Program-made: the position numbers and the translations under genes | Part shown: positions 10,771 through 24,993 of the stretch, piece by piece | How the letters are laid out: each line of letters opens with the position of its first letter | How positions within the stretch are numbered: the stretch's first letter is position 1 | Notes under the pieces: model-generated | Database searches by the model: none | What the model was told of the DNA's origin: nothing | Seen by the model: the letters and a program-made list of their open reading frames with translations, nothing else | Assembly: GCF_006345805.1 (NCBI RefSeq) | Contig: NC_043022.1 | Span: 23,250,001-23,314,000 of the forward strand | From: Octopus sinensis | Lineage: Eukaryota | DNA: 64,000 nt | Direction: 5' to 3'

Positions 10771-11010
10771 GTGGAGGCACAATGGCCCAGTGGTTAGGGC
10801 AGCGGACTCGCGGTCGGAGGATTGTGGTTTCGATTCCCAGACTGGGCATTATGTGCGTTTATTGAGCGGAAACACCTAAAGCCCCATGAGGTTCAGGCAG
10901 GGGTTGGTGGCGACCCCTGTTGTACTCTTTCGCTCCAACTTTCTCTCACTCTCTCTTCTTGTTTCTTGAGTAACGCTGCAATGGACTGGCATCCCGCCAA
11001 GATGGGGGGA
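10771..11010 (+). mobile_element. SINE-C with alternative tail
   Basis: Same tRNA(Arg)-like head and body, followed by GCTGCAATGGACTGGCATCCCGCC. Confidence 0.82.
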
Positions 11011-11041
11011 ACATATATATATACATACAAACATATATATA

Positions 11042-11212
11042 GGCGCAGGAGTGGCTGTGTGGTAAGTAGCTTGCTTACCAACCACATGGTTCCGGGTTCA
11101 GTCCCACTGCGTGGCATCTTGGGCAAGTGTCTTCTGCTATAGCCCCGGGCCAACCAATGCCTTGTGAGTGGATTTGGTAGACGGAAACTGAAAGAAACCT
11201 GTCGTATATATG

Positions 11213-11243
<31 letters not shown>

Positions 11244-11456
11244 ATATGTTTATGTGTGTGTTTGTCCCCCTAGCTTTGCTTGACAACCGATGCTGGTGTG
11301 TTTACGTCCCCGTCACTTAGCGGTTCGGCAAAAGAGACCGATAGAATAAGTACTGGGCTTACAAAGAATAAGTCTCGGGGTCGATTTGCTCGACTAAAGG
11401 CCGTGCTCCAGCATGGCCGCAGTCAAATGACTGAAACAAGTAAAAGTAAAAGAGTA
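11042..11456 (+). mobile_element. SINE-AB full copy, close to consensus
   Basis: GGCGCAGGAGTGGCTGTGTGGTAAGTAGC...GTCGTATATATG-(TA)n-GTGTTTGTCCCCC...GACTGAAACAAGTAAAAG. Confidence 0.9.
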
Positions 11457-11459
11457 AAC

Positions 11460-11526
<67 letters not shown>

Positions 11527-11919
11527 CACCCCAATACTTTTAATAAATATTTCGTAATGGCCATACTTGTGGCTATATGTATATAAATATCAACAGAGAA
11601 TGGAGCGAGCAACTCACTTTCGTGCACAATTCTACAATTGTTTTGTCAAAGTTTTCTCAGAAATTTATTACTGGAATATCATTGTATGATGTATGAAAAC
11701 AATACATCGAATCAGTATTATCCCAGCAATATTGGATAATATTAAATCTTCAAGTTTATAATGTTCTCTTGTATTTTGGATTATTTGAAGTTTTTGGAGT
11801 TGGTTTCTAAGATATTAAGTTCCACTGATGGAATGTAGATAACTAATACCACGTCGCATTTTAAACTTGAGAAAAGTCTTGAATGTTCTTAATGCTCAGC
11901 TTTCAGATTGCATTGGTAT

Positions 11920-12241
11920 GTATATGTATGAACATATGTAAATATATACGCGTGTGTGTGTGTGTGTGTGTATGCTTGTGTGTTGATACACATATATACA
12001 CATGTGTGTGTTTGTTTATATAAGAATATTATATATGTTTGTGTACAGATATACTTATATACATGTACGTGCGTTTATGTATGTATGTTATATATGTTTT
12101 GTGTGTGTGTGTGTGTGCATCTATATATATATTTACATATATATATAAACATATATGTATATATACATATATATAAATATATATATACATATATGTAAAT
12201 ATATACATATATATAAATATATATATACATATATGTATATA

Positions 12242-12315
<74 letters not shown>

Positions 12316-12653
12316 ATATAACATATACATATATATATAACATATATATATACATATATATATATAGATATACATATATATAGACATTATATATAATATA
12401 TATATACATATATATATACATATATATAATATATATATATACATATATATACATATTATATATATACATATATATATACATATATATACATATACATATA
12501 TATATATATACATATACATATATATATATATATATATACATATATATACATATATATATACATATATATATATATACATATAATATATATATACATATAT
12601 ATATATATACATATATATATATAACATATATATATATATACATATATATATAC

Positions 12654-12684
<31 letters not shown>

Positions 12685-12772
12685 CATATATATATACATA
12701 TATATATACATATATACATATATATATACATATATATACATATATATATAACAATATATAATATATATATAC

Positions 12773-12805
<33 letters not shown>

Positions 12806-13020
12806 CATATATATATTATACATATATATATATATATACATAATATATATATACATATATATATACATATATATATACATATATATATATATATACATAT
12901 ATATTATATATATATGTATATATATATATATGTATATATAATATTATATATATATGTATATATATATATGTATATATATGTATATATATATATATGTATA
13001 TATATATATGTATATATATG

Positions 13021-13069
<49 letters not shown>

Positions 13070-13097
13070 ATATATGTATATATATATATAATATGTA

Positions 13098-13130
<33 letters not shown>

Positions 13131-13281
13131 TAATATATATATGTTATATATATATATGTATATATATATTATATGTATGTATATATATATATATGTATGT
13201 ATATATATAATATGTATGTATATATATATATATAGATGTATGTATATATATATATATGTATAATATATATATATATGTATA

Positions 13282-13312
<31 letters not shown>

Positions 13313-13524
13313 ATAATGTATATATTATGTATATATATATATGTTATATATATATGTATATATATATGTAATATATATTATGTATATAATATGTATATAT
13401 ATATGTATATATATACATATATATATATATACATATATATATACATATATATATACATATATATATATATCCATATATATACATATATATATATACATAT
13501 ATATATATACATATCATATAATAC

Positions 13525-13559
<35 letters not shown>

Positions 13560-13762
13560 ATATATATATATCATATATATATATAATATATACATATATA
13601 TATATACATAATATATATACATATATATATCTATATTATACATATATATATATACATACATATATATATATATATATATACATACATATATATATATATA
13701 TACATACTATATATATATATATACATTATATATATATATATACATACATATATATAATATAC

Positions 13763-13795
<33 letters not shown>

Positions 13796-14235
13796 CATTA
13801 TATATAATATTATATATATATATATCCATAATACTATATATTATACATATATATACATAATACATATATATATATATATATACATATATATACATATATA
13901 TACATATATATTATATACATATAATATATATATATACATATATACATATATATAATATACATATATATATAATATATATATACTAATATATATATATACA
14001 TATATATATAATATATATATATATACATATATATATATACATATATATATAACATATATATATTATATATTCATATATATTATATATATACTATATATAT
14101 ATATATACATATATATATATTATTATATATACTATATATATATTATATATACATATATATATATATATATACATAATATATATATATATATACATATATA
14201 CATATATATATCGATATATACACATATATATATCC

Positions 14236-14268
<33 letters not shown>

Positions 14269-14309
14269 CATATATAATCAATATATACATATATATATAT
14301 ATATATATC

Positions 14310-14347
<38 letters not shown>

Positions 14348-14561
14348 CATATATCTACATATATATATACATATATATATACATATATATAATATACTAT
14401 ATATATATATACATATATATATATACACATATATTATATACATATATATATATACATATATATATACATATATACATATATATATATACATATATATATA
14501 TACAATATATATATACATATATATATATACATATATATATACATATATCATACATATATAC

Positions 14562-14624
<63 letters not shown>

Positions 14625-14696
14625 CATATATATATAATATACATATATATATATATACTATATATATATATACATATATATATATACATATATATT

Positions 14697-14741
<45 letters not shown>

Positions 14742-15007
14742 CATATATATATATACTATATATATATATACATATATACATATATATATACATATATATA
14801 TATACATATATATATATACAATATATATATATATATATATACATATATATTATAATATATTATATACATATATATTATACATACATACATAATAAAAAAC
14901 ATATATATATATATAATATATACATATATATAATATAATATATATATATATGATATATACATATATTATATATATATATTTATAAATATATGTAATATAC
15001 ATATATA

Positions 15008-15060
<53 letters not shown>

Positions 15061-15072
15061 AATATAAACATA
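11920..15072. repeat. ~3.1-kb degenerate (TA)n microsatellite with TATAC / TATAG-TATG blocks
   Basis: Almost entirely A/T alternation with periodic C (12150-12905, 13395-15060) or G (12915-13395) interruptions. Confidence 0.97.
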
Positions 15073-15079
15073 TATGTAT

Positions 15080-15265
15080 CATCATCATCATCATCGTTTA
15101 AAACGTCCGCTTTCCATGCTAGCATAGGTTGGACGATTTTGACTGAGGGCTGGCGAACCAGATGGTTGCACCAGGCTCCAATCTTGATTTGGCAGAGTTT
15201 CTACAGCTGGATGCCCTTCCTGGCGCCAACCACTCCGAGAGTGTAGTGGGTGCTTTTTACGTGCC

Positions 15266-15266
<1 letters not shown>
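15080..15266 (-). mobile_element. RTE-tail element inserted in (TA)n
   Basis: (CAT)n CGTTTAAAACGTCCGCTTTCCATGCTAGC...GGATGCCCTTCC..GCCAACCACTCCG; (TA)n on both sides. Confidence 0.82.
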
Positions 15267-15296
<30 letters not shown>

Positions 15297-15309
15297 CATA
15301 TATGTATAA

Positions 15310-15649
15310 AAGGGTAAAGACCCCCTTCAGTCATGAATGACCATGGGATTGCACCTAGAAAGTTACCCTCCTAGACACAAGTCCGGGCAAGGTTGTTTAT
15401 GGAAGACCAGCAGTCGCCCATGCATACCGGCCTCCCCTCTCCACGCCACCAGTGTTATCCAAGGGAAAGACAATGGTCGATACAGCTTGGCACCAGTGAC
15501 GTCGCAACTCATTTCTACAGCTGAGTGAACTGGAGCAACGTGAAATAAAGTGCCTTGCTCAAGAACACAACACCCAGCCCGGTCCGGGATTCGAGCTCAC
15601 AACCTCACGATCGTAAGCTCGACGCTCTAACCACTGAGCCATGCACCTT
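15310..15649 (-). mobile_element. SINE-D full copy
   Basis: Reverse complement of 8382-8717. Confidence 0.87.
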
Positions 15650-15929
15650 CACACATATATGTATATATACATATATGTATATATACATATATATACATAT
15701 ATGTATACATGCATATATATATACATATATGTATATATACATATATATTTACACATATATATAAAGAGAGGGCAACACTACCATAACAGAGATTTTTACT
15801 CCATGGTAACTGCAGTGTATTTATTTGCCTTTAGCAGTTGAAATGTGTGACAAACATATTCCAACTAACCTAAATTCTGATTATACGTAAACACTGCTGA
15901 GCCCCATTATATATTTTAATGGGGAAGGG

Positions 15930-18180
15930 TGGTTTACGGGATTACTCTGGGTTTCCCGTTCATAAAGGGTTTAGACTTTATGGCGTATTGTCACAAGGCT
16001 AAACCCTTTATGGAGGGGAAACCCATGGTAATCCCATTCTGGAGATGTGGACACTATACTCCAGAACATTCTGAATTCAATATGGGCAGCATGTGCAGCA
16101 TCAGTACCACGCAAGCAAAAAAAAACCACCCAATAGTGCAATTTGGGAGACTGCAGCAGTCCGACTTGCCAGGAAAGAATGCCGTAATGCTGAACGGGAA
16201 TGCAAATTGCACAAATCAGAGAGCAACAGGAAAAAGCACTATAGGTCAGCCAACCACCTCAAGCAGGTGACAAAAAAGGCAGTGCTTGAATTTGAACAAC
16301 ACATTGCAGCTAACCCTGACAGCAAAGTGTTCTGGAAGTATGTGCACTCAAAGCAGAGACCCCACTCTCCAGTTGGTCCCCTTCGCAATCCCCACACAGG
16401 ACAATGTGCAGAAATCATTGCTGGATGCTATGCCGGCATCTTTACTGTCGAAGACCAAAATGTTCCATCTTCATCACCACTGACATCGGACTCTATATCT
16501 ACTATGCAATTTACACCAGCAATGCTGCAACGCCACCTAAAGAATAAACGCAATTATGCCTCTCCTGGTCTCGATGGTGTTACATACCTACTTCTCAAAC
16601 GCGGTGGGTACTTTCTTCTAAGCCAACTTTCTCTATTTTTTCCAATTCTGTCTTGACAATGGTGTTACTCCAGAACAGTGGAAAACTGCCAGTGTCATCC
16701 CTCTGTTCAAAAAAGGCAACCGCACATCGCCTGTCAACTATTGCCCTGTCAGTCTTACCAGCTGCATCGCCAAACTGATGGAATCCTGTATCAGAGAAAC
16801 CCTCTGGAACTTCTGGAAGTCTCACAGCCTCATCCAGCCGTCACAATTCGGATTTATTCCTAACTCCAGCTGCTGTAATCAACTCATCGAGTTTCTTGAG
16901 GACGTTACCCAAATCACTGATCGCGGATCCTGGGTGGATGTTGTTTACCTGGACTTTGCTAAGGTTTTTAACTCTGTGCCACACAAAAGACTTATGGTGA
17001 AGCTTTCTGCGTTGGGTGTAAGAGACGAACTCTATAACTGGTTAAAGTCCTTTATTTTCAGCCGAAAAGAGGTTGTCACAGTTCTAGGACAGCACTCTTC
17101 GCCCTATGAGATGACATCTGGTGTACCACAGGGATCTGTTCTTGGCCCCCTTTTATTTGTTGCATATGTTAATGACATAGATGCCAACTTAAAGAATGCC
17201 ACAGTGCTGAAATATGCAGATGACATCAAGCTGTACCTCAAAATAAAGAGGTCAAATCCTGTACACTATAGATCTCTATTGCAAGCAGACCTGGACACAA
17301 TACAGCAGTGGATCATGGACTGGCAACTCAAGCTGGCTGTGGAAAAATGTACCACCATGCATTTTGGGAGGAGAAACCCAGCATCCACCTACTCCCTCCA
17401 CAACACTAGTCTCAAAAAGTCTTCATGTGAACGTGACCTGGGTGTTATTGTCGACAGTGATTTGCGTTGGACAAAACACATCGCTAAAATTGTCAAGAAG
17501 GCTGAGGGTGTCTTGGCATCACTCACCAAATCCTTTGTGAGCCGCTCTCCGGCTATCTATCTGCGGCTTTATATAGCTATGGTAAGACCTCACCTGGAAT
17601 TTGCATCACCGGTCTGGAACCCCTATCTTGCCCAGGATATCAATCGTCTGGAAGCTGTTCAGCGACGTGCAACCAAAAGAATACCCTCCATCAGGCATTT
17701 GTCATATCCTGAACGCCTTACTTCCCTGGGCATGGACACATTGAAACTCCGACGTCTGGCAGCTGACTTGGCAGACACCCATAAAATTATCAACCATCGT
17801 ACAAACAATAACTCTGAGCACCTTTTCAAACTCCACCCATCTAACACCCGTGGACATATTTACAAAGTAAGAAAACAGCACAGCTCCCATGACTTCAGGA
17901 AACATTTTTTCACGCTGAGAGTTGCTGAAGCATGGAACAAACTGCCGGCATCAGTTGTTAGTTGTCGGAGCACTGCATCCTTCAAAACTTCCATGCTTCC
18001 TGAGATTCGCCAACACTACACTTGATTTTCTCCCCTCCATACACACATAGGCATGTATCTGACTCATACATTGTTCGCTTTCCAGACATTTCCACATTAC
18101 TGCATGTACTTTATATGCACTTTCTGACAAGTTGTGGTGCACCTGAGCACTGTATACAATAATTTCATTATTATTATTTA
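15930..18180 (+). mobile_element. 5'-truncated CR1-clade LINE with 3' UTR and (ATT)n tail
   Basis: RT ORF below, ~150-bp UTR, ends TTCATTATTATTATTT. Confidence 0.92.
16093..18025 (+). pseudogene. CR1-type ORF2 (reverse transcriptase and C-terminus), one frameshift in the T-run near 16640
   Basis: KVFWKYV, SPGLDG, WKTASVIPLFKKG, NYCPVSLTS, QFGF, YLDFAKVFNSVPH, GVPQGSVLGPLLF, YADD, ERDLGV, RPHLEFASPVWNP, FFTLRVAEAWNKLP. Confidence 0.95.
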
Positions 18181-18388
18181 AACAAGCTTTCCCCATTAAA
18201 ATATAATATGCTCTACATCTTAGAGTGTGCTTCTTCTCCAGATTTATGCTTTCTACAAATGATATACATATATATATACATATATATATACATATATATA
18301 TATACATAAATATATATATACAAACATAAATATATACATAAATATATATATACACAAACACACATACATATACATGAACATATATATA

Positions 18389-18426
<38 letters not shown>

Positions 18427-18446
18427 AACACACATACATATACATG

Positions 18447-18507
<61 letters not shown>

Positions 18508-18624
18508 GCATAAATATGAACATATATATATATATATATATATACATACATAAATATATATAGACATACATAAATATACATATACATATACATACATAAA
18601 TATACACACACACATATACATATG

Positions 18625-19615
18625 AATTCATCCGATCTTATATGCTCATAAGACCACACATTGACACCCTGGATGACATAATTGAGAACTATTGTGGCAA
18701 GGCTGATAAGGATGGAGAAGATAAAAAGGAAACAAAACCCGAAAGTCTCTTTGATCCAGTAGTTCCTCAAAAGAATGAACCATCCACCCCTGTGAATGAC
18801 CAGGCAGAAACAGATATGGGAACCAAGGAAGCAGTAACTTTGAAGCCCCTCTGTGCCAGTGGTCCTACAAAGGAATGGAGCCCTCACCTCATTAGAAAAC
18901 CAGAGAAAAAAAGTTTCTACCACAAAAAAAGGAAGAACGGAATACAAATACAAACATAAAGAAGGAAGGGAAGAAAAAGGAAAAGGCAAATATGAAACAA
19001 CCAAAATCAAAATCCTAACCCACCAAACAAAAAGCAGAAAACTCCATGGAGGTTCCAATGCCATCCAAAACCCTACAGGAAAGAAGAAATATGGAAGGCA
19101 CTCAAGAGCCTGCAAATTTTCCCTGCAAGGCAAATGCTAGCATGGGGAAGACGGCAAAAACTGCCGGTTTGCCAACCTGACACTCCGCCAAAACTACAGG
19201 AGCCTTAAGGAGAAAAACTTCCCTAAGGAAAGACAACAAATATCTCCAAGGAAAAAATTCACAAAAGAAGTGTGCCTTTCATATGTTATGCACAACGCAG
19301 CAGCTGAGCAAGAGTCTTTTTTGTACATGGCACAAAAGATTGTGCAGCAGCTGAACTGGCTGCACCAAGCACAAACAAGGAACCTTACCCACCACTGCGC
19401 AAGACCACCACAATCAACAGACACGGGATGGCCTCCCCTAACGCCTGCACAGTCGTCACCCCAATACTATATACTAAATATTGGGGGCCTGTTGCATCAT
19501 AATAGAAAGCAAAATTTCTTTCCTGAGAGATCTTGCTGCATGCAATCAAGCCCTATGCATAGCACTCGTGGAAACCCACCTCAGCCTTGATGTAGAGGAT
19601 GCAGAATAAAACATA
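18625..19615 (+). pseudogene. 5' part of a CR1-like LINE: degenerate ORF1 with CCCH-type zinc fingers and start of the AP-endonuclease of ORF2
   Basis: [21 protein letters not shown] (19114-19175); further decayed C..Y fingers to ~19335; then ILNIGGLL..NRK-KISFLRDLAACNQALCIALVETHLSLDVEDAE across a frameshift. Confidence 0.7.
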
Positions 19616-20029
19616 GGACAGGATGGTCACGGTTGGAACATCTTTGATCTGAGGTCTGCCAGAGCAGGACTCATCCTAAAATCTACATTACTGGTAAAAC
19701 ATTGATTTTTCCAGACCTTTCGGCTCCAAGGCCATTCTGGATCACTGATTTTTTTTCCTAAACCAGGTGTGGTTACATTCTAGATTAAACAAATATTGAA
19801 TTTACAAATATTTGTCCATTAGTATAAATGAAAGAAATTTATTAATACTATTATTGTGTGCAAGGTACTAGACTGTGTAAAGTACCAGTAAACTAGTCTG
19901 GCAGTCGTGGGAATTTGAAGATCTAGTTTGTAAATTATTAGTACAGATAACAAGAGATTCTGTACCATCGGTGTCCAGAAAGTTGGCATTGTACCTACAC
20001 CAATATTACTACAACACAATAACAACAAC

Positions 20030-20218
20030 TACCACTACCACTGCCACCAAAACCACTGCCATCCCCACTGCTTCACAAACAGGTTTTGAAATGAAGCATG
20101 TTGAAGAATTTGGTGGAGGAGGAGGAGAAGAGAAAGTGTGTTTGAAAGGTAAGTAGTAGCAGCAGCAGCAGCAGCGGTAGCAGCAGTAACAGCAACGGTG
20201 CTGATGGCAGTAGTAATG

Positions 20219-20249
<31 letters not shown>

Positions 20250-20560
20250 CAGCAGCAGTGGTAGTCGTGATGGTGGTTGTGGTGGTGGTGATGATAGTAG
20301 TAGTAGTAGTAGTAGTAGCAGTGGTAGTCGTGATGGTGGTTGTGGTGATGGTGATGGTAGTAGTAGTAGTAGTAGTAGTAGTAGCAGCAGCTGCAGCGGT
20401 AGTCATGATGGTGGTTGTGGTAGTTGTGATGGTGGTGGTAGTAGTAGTAGTAGTGATGGTGGCGGTTACAGTCGCAGAAGCAGCAATATCAGGTAAAGTC
20501 AGAGACTGTGATAGTTCTATTGAAAAAGGAAAACAACAACAACAACAACAACAAAAAGAA
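20030..20560. repeat. Trinucleotide low-complexity tract (GTA/GTG/GCA/CAA)
   Basis: Direct inspection; includes an internal ~60-bp higher-order repeat. Confidence 0.95.
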
Positions 20561-20817
20561 GCATCTCTTGTGTTGTCTTGTATTGCATACATTCCAATTC
20601 ATCAAAGGATTTCTTTGTCCTTACACTGTATCACACACACACACACACACACACACAGACTAACAGCACAGCACGCATACGTATAAACATGCCGCCCACA
20701 CACCTGATGCTGTTGCTGCTGTAACAGTATGTAGATGTGTGTGCAGAAAAATGTCCGCACTTTATGGGTGTATAGTTGTGTGCGTGTACACACAATTATA
20801 TGTATCTGGGTATGTGA

Positions 20818-20856
<39 letters not shown>

Positions 20857-20857
20857 C

Positions 20858-20910
<53 letters not shown>

Positions 20911-21789
20911 TGTAGTTGTGTGTGTGTGTGCACATTTGGATTTATGTATGTTTCATTGGTGTGTGTGTGCATGTAAACGTGTGTGTGTGTGTATTCTTTT
21001 ATATGTTTCAGCTCTAAGACTGAGGCCATGCTGGAGCACCACCAGTGTAATCACCTGTATGAGCAAGTAATAGACAGAGAGAGAATGATGAGTATGTGAG
21101 TGTGTGCATGTGTGTCTGTGTATGTGTGTGTATATATATGTGTGTGTGTGTGTGTTGTGTGCATGAGCATGTACTTATATGTACATGTGTGTTTGTGCAT
21201 GTGCAAGTATGTGTGTGTGTCTGTGTGTGTGTGTGTGTGTGCATGCATGCACATGTATTTCTTACAAGCTGATGTTTAACTAATCTTACTCTGAGTTTCA
21301 CTTCTCAGATTTTCAGATAATAATGAGATCAGTAATGAAACAAACATATATATATATATAAGGAACATACATATTTAGAGGGAGAGGTGGAGGAGAGAGA
21401 GAGGTGGAGGCGATGGAGATAGAGAAAGGGTAAGAAGGAGAGAAAGAGAGAAAGAGAAAGAGGGAAAGAGAGAAAGAGAGGGAGAGGGAGAGAAAAAGAG
21501 AGACACAGAAGGAGAAAAAGAGAGAGAAAGAAAGGGAAAAGTAAGAGTGAAAGAGAGGGAGAGAAAGAGAGAGAAAAGAGATACAGATATATATTTGTGT
21601 GTGTGCACATATGTGTGTGCATATACATATATATACACACACAGATACTCACACACATAGGTACATAAATACATACATATGTACATATATAGAGATGTCT
21701 TTTTATGGTGACCTCAATTGTCATTCCATCAAGTGAATGTCCTATGGTGATAGGAGAGTGGCGATGTGTGCAGACGAAACCGGTTGGAA

Positions 21790-21960
21790 GTGCACAGCAA
21801 GCTGCAACTTTCATCTGTCACCTATGCTTCCAATCATGCGGATTTGCAACAGGACTGAATAGTCATCTGAGAAGTCATGGATGGAAGGTCAGAAATGCCA
21901 TTGACATCGAAGAAGCACAAGAAGAGGGCAGTCATCTGTGAAGATGCAACAATCGCCACA
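21790..21960 (+). pseudogene. RTE/BovB-type LINE C-terminal fragment with C2H2 zinc finger
   Basis: FICHLCFQSCGFATGLNSHLRSH matches C-x2-C-x12-H-x3-H; isolated 3' fragment followed by microsatellite. Confidence 0.65.
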
Positions 21961-22685
21961 TACATACATATATACATAAATACATACATACACACAAACA
22001 AACATACACATATACATACATACATACATGCATACACACATCACATATATTACATACATGCACATACACACACACACATACATATATACATTCATACATA
22101 CACATATTCATACATGGAAAGACAGACGGATAGATAGACAGACATCAGACAGACAGACAGATAGATAGATAGATAGACAGATAGATACACAGACAGATTG
22201 ATAGACAGATAGACAGACAGACAGATAGATAGACAGATAGATAGATAAATGGATAGACAGATAGATAGAAAGACAGACAGACAGACAGACAGACAGAGAC
22301 ACAGAGAGATACAGTGCAGGGACAAAGAAAACCTTTGATGTGATTGAATGTATGGAATACTAACAACAGAAGAGACTTCTCATTTATTTAGTTATTTATT
22401 TATTTATTTTTTTGTCAGCAGAAATATCACAGTTTCTGACTGTTACATCATTCTACTACTACTGCAGCATCATACTGCAGTGGATGGATAGCAGCGGATG
22501 GAGGGCAGCAGATGACTGCAGCAAACGGAGGGCAGTGGACAGATGCGGGGAATGGGAAGGCGTGATGTGGACAGAGGACTGGATGGTTATGGTTAGATAA
22601 CAGTAAATGGATACCAATGGATGGGGGAGAAGAGGATGGATGGCAGTGCATGGAGGGTGATGGATGGTTATATCCTTATGCTCAC

Positions 22686-22730
<45 letters not shown>

Positions 22731-22825
22731 TGTGTCTGTGTGTGAGTATGTCATTATCATCAACTACTTTCCATACTGTCAGGGGTTGGAATGGAAAATG
22801 GATGTTAAATGTGTGTATTTGTAAG

Positions 22826-22869
<44 letters not shown>

Positions 22870-22872
<3 letters not shown>

Positions 22873-23277
22873 GAGTGGTTGTGTGGTAAGTAGCTTGCTT
22901 ACCAACCACATGGTTCCGGGTTCAATCCCACTGTGTGGCACCTTGGGCAAGTGTCTTCTACCATAGCCTCGGGCTGACCAAAGTTTTGTGACTGGATTTG
23001 GTAGACAGAAACTGAAAGAAGCCCATCATATATGTGTGTGTGTGTGTGTGTTTGTCCCCCCCCTCACCATTGCTTGACAACTGATGCTGGTGTGTTTACA
23101 TCCTCATAACTTAGCGATTCGGCAAAAGAGACCGATAGAATAAGTACTAAGCTTACAAAGAATGAGTCCTAGGGTCGATTTGTTCGACTAAAAGCAGTGC
23201 TCCAGCATGGCCACACTAAAGGCAGTACTCCAGCATGACTGCAGTCAAATGACTGAAACAAATAAAAGAATAAAAGA
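22870..23277 (+). mobile_element. SINE-AB full copy
   Basis: Head, (TG)n, 3' half with a short internal duplication of CTAAAGGCAGT.CTCCAGCATG. Confidence 0.87.
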
Positions 23278-23964
23278 ATGTCTCGAGTTCAAGAACTCAT
23301 AGAGCCAGTTACCCACTTTTTATGATGTGTAAGTGACTGAAATGACAATGCTCTCCCTAAACAGGCTTCTAGTCTCTCAGAGGGTCGCTCATTTACAGCT
23401 GAACAGTCCTGGAATCAAAACCATGATTTAGCAATCATAAATGCAATACCTTGACCACTAGGACATGCACTATGATGATGATGATGATGATGATGATGAT
23501 TGATGATGATGATGATAATTGATGATGATTGATGGTGATTGATGATGATGATGATGATATTGATGATATATAATGCAATAAAAGATCAGATGTAATCAGA
23601 GATAGTAATCCAATGGTAATCCAGGAGATTCCAATTTAGTAACCAAGGAAGTAATTCAATATAGATACAAATCTGTCGGCATCAGCCAGTAAATGACATA
23701 TCCAAATGCATAATAGCAATAGAAACAAGATAAAATTTTGAATTATTTTAATGACTTTTGAAACTTAGACTTCTTCACCAGAAGAAGAAAGGAAAAAGAC
23801 GGAGAAAGGTAAAAAGAAAAAGAGAAACAAGTAAATTTATTAGTGTTTATGTAAGGGCCATATTTTTCAGTGAGGCAGAAATGAGAACAAAATGATTGTC
23901 AACATTGATTATGTATATATTTCAACTTTTGTATAAGTGCACATATGGTGTTGTGTTCTAGAAG

Positions 23965-24353
23965 CTGGGCCGGTGGCATGGAAAAGTACCTTTCAAGCAT
24001 TGGGCCTCATGGAGGCAATGACAAATGACTGAGAGCTTTGGTAATATGCTGTGCTTGAGAAGAAGACCCATCAAACCAAGTGAAATCGTAGTCATGGCAG
24101 ATACTTGTGTCATACATCTGGCATGTAAAAGCAGCCATTACATTCTTGGAGTGGTTGGCATTAGGAAGGACAACCAGCCGTAGAAACCATGCCAGGAGTG
24201 GCTGTGTGGTAAGTAGCTTGCTTACCAGCCACATGGTTCCGGGTTCAGTCCCACTGCGTGGCACCTTGGGCAAGTGTCTTCTATTATAGCCTTGGGCCAA
24301 AGCCTTGTGAGTGGATTTGGTAGACGAAAACTGAAAGAAGCCCATCGTATATA

Positions 24354-24400
<47 letters not shown>

Positions 24401-24712
24401 ATGTGTGTTTTTGTGCATCTGTGTTTGTCCCCCCAACGTTGCTTGACAACTGATGCTGGTGTGTTTATGTCCTTGTAAATTAGCATTTCGGCAAAAGAGA
24501 CCAATAGAATAAGTACCAGGCTTACAAAGAATAAGTCCTGGGGTCGATTTGCTCGACTAAAGGTGGTGCTCCAGCATGGCTGCAGTCAAATGACTGAAAC
24601 AAGTAAAAGAGAGTAGAAGAGAGAATCAGACTGGAGTCTGATGCAGACCCCTCAGCTTGTCCAACGCATGCCAGCATGGACAATGGATGTAAAATGATGA
24701 TGATGATGATAT
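23965..24712 (+). mobile_element. RTE-tail subfamily element split by a SINE-AB insertion
   Basis: GAGTGGTTGGCATTAGGAAGG..GTAGAAACCATGCCA at 24150-24194 resumes at ~24620 and ends (GAT)n. Confidence 0.7.
24191..24612 (+). mobile_element. SINE-AB full copy
   Basis: Head, (TG)n, 3' half. Confidence 0.88.
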
Positions 24713-24854
24713 GCATTATCCTGTGTAAGTACATATAAGTAGACAAGACATTTACAAACATTGATAGAAACAGACAGGCAGATGCATGGATGGGTTGATT
24801 GAAGAAAGAAAGAAAGAAAGAAATAAAGAAAGAAAGATAGACAGATAGATAGAC

Positions 24855-24934
<80 letters not shown>

Positions 24935-24959
24935 TGATAGATTAATAGATAGATAGATT

Positions 24960-24993
<34 letters not shown>

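Noticed and set aside
11790-11870. Minus-strand peptide MRRGISYLHS resembling kinase subdomain VIa
   Set aside because: A stop follows within five codons, with no HRD motif or suitable splice donor.
12029-14962. Long ORFs (up to 289 aa) of Y/I/M/C/V
   Set aside because: Translations of (TA)n microsatellite, which lacks stops in several frames; not genes.
20035-20686. Poly-Thr / poly-Val ORFs (also 28552-29149, 2453-2857)
   Set aside because: Trinucleotide repeat artefacts.
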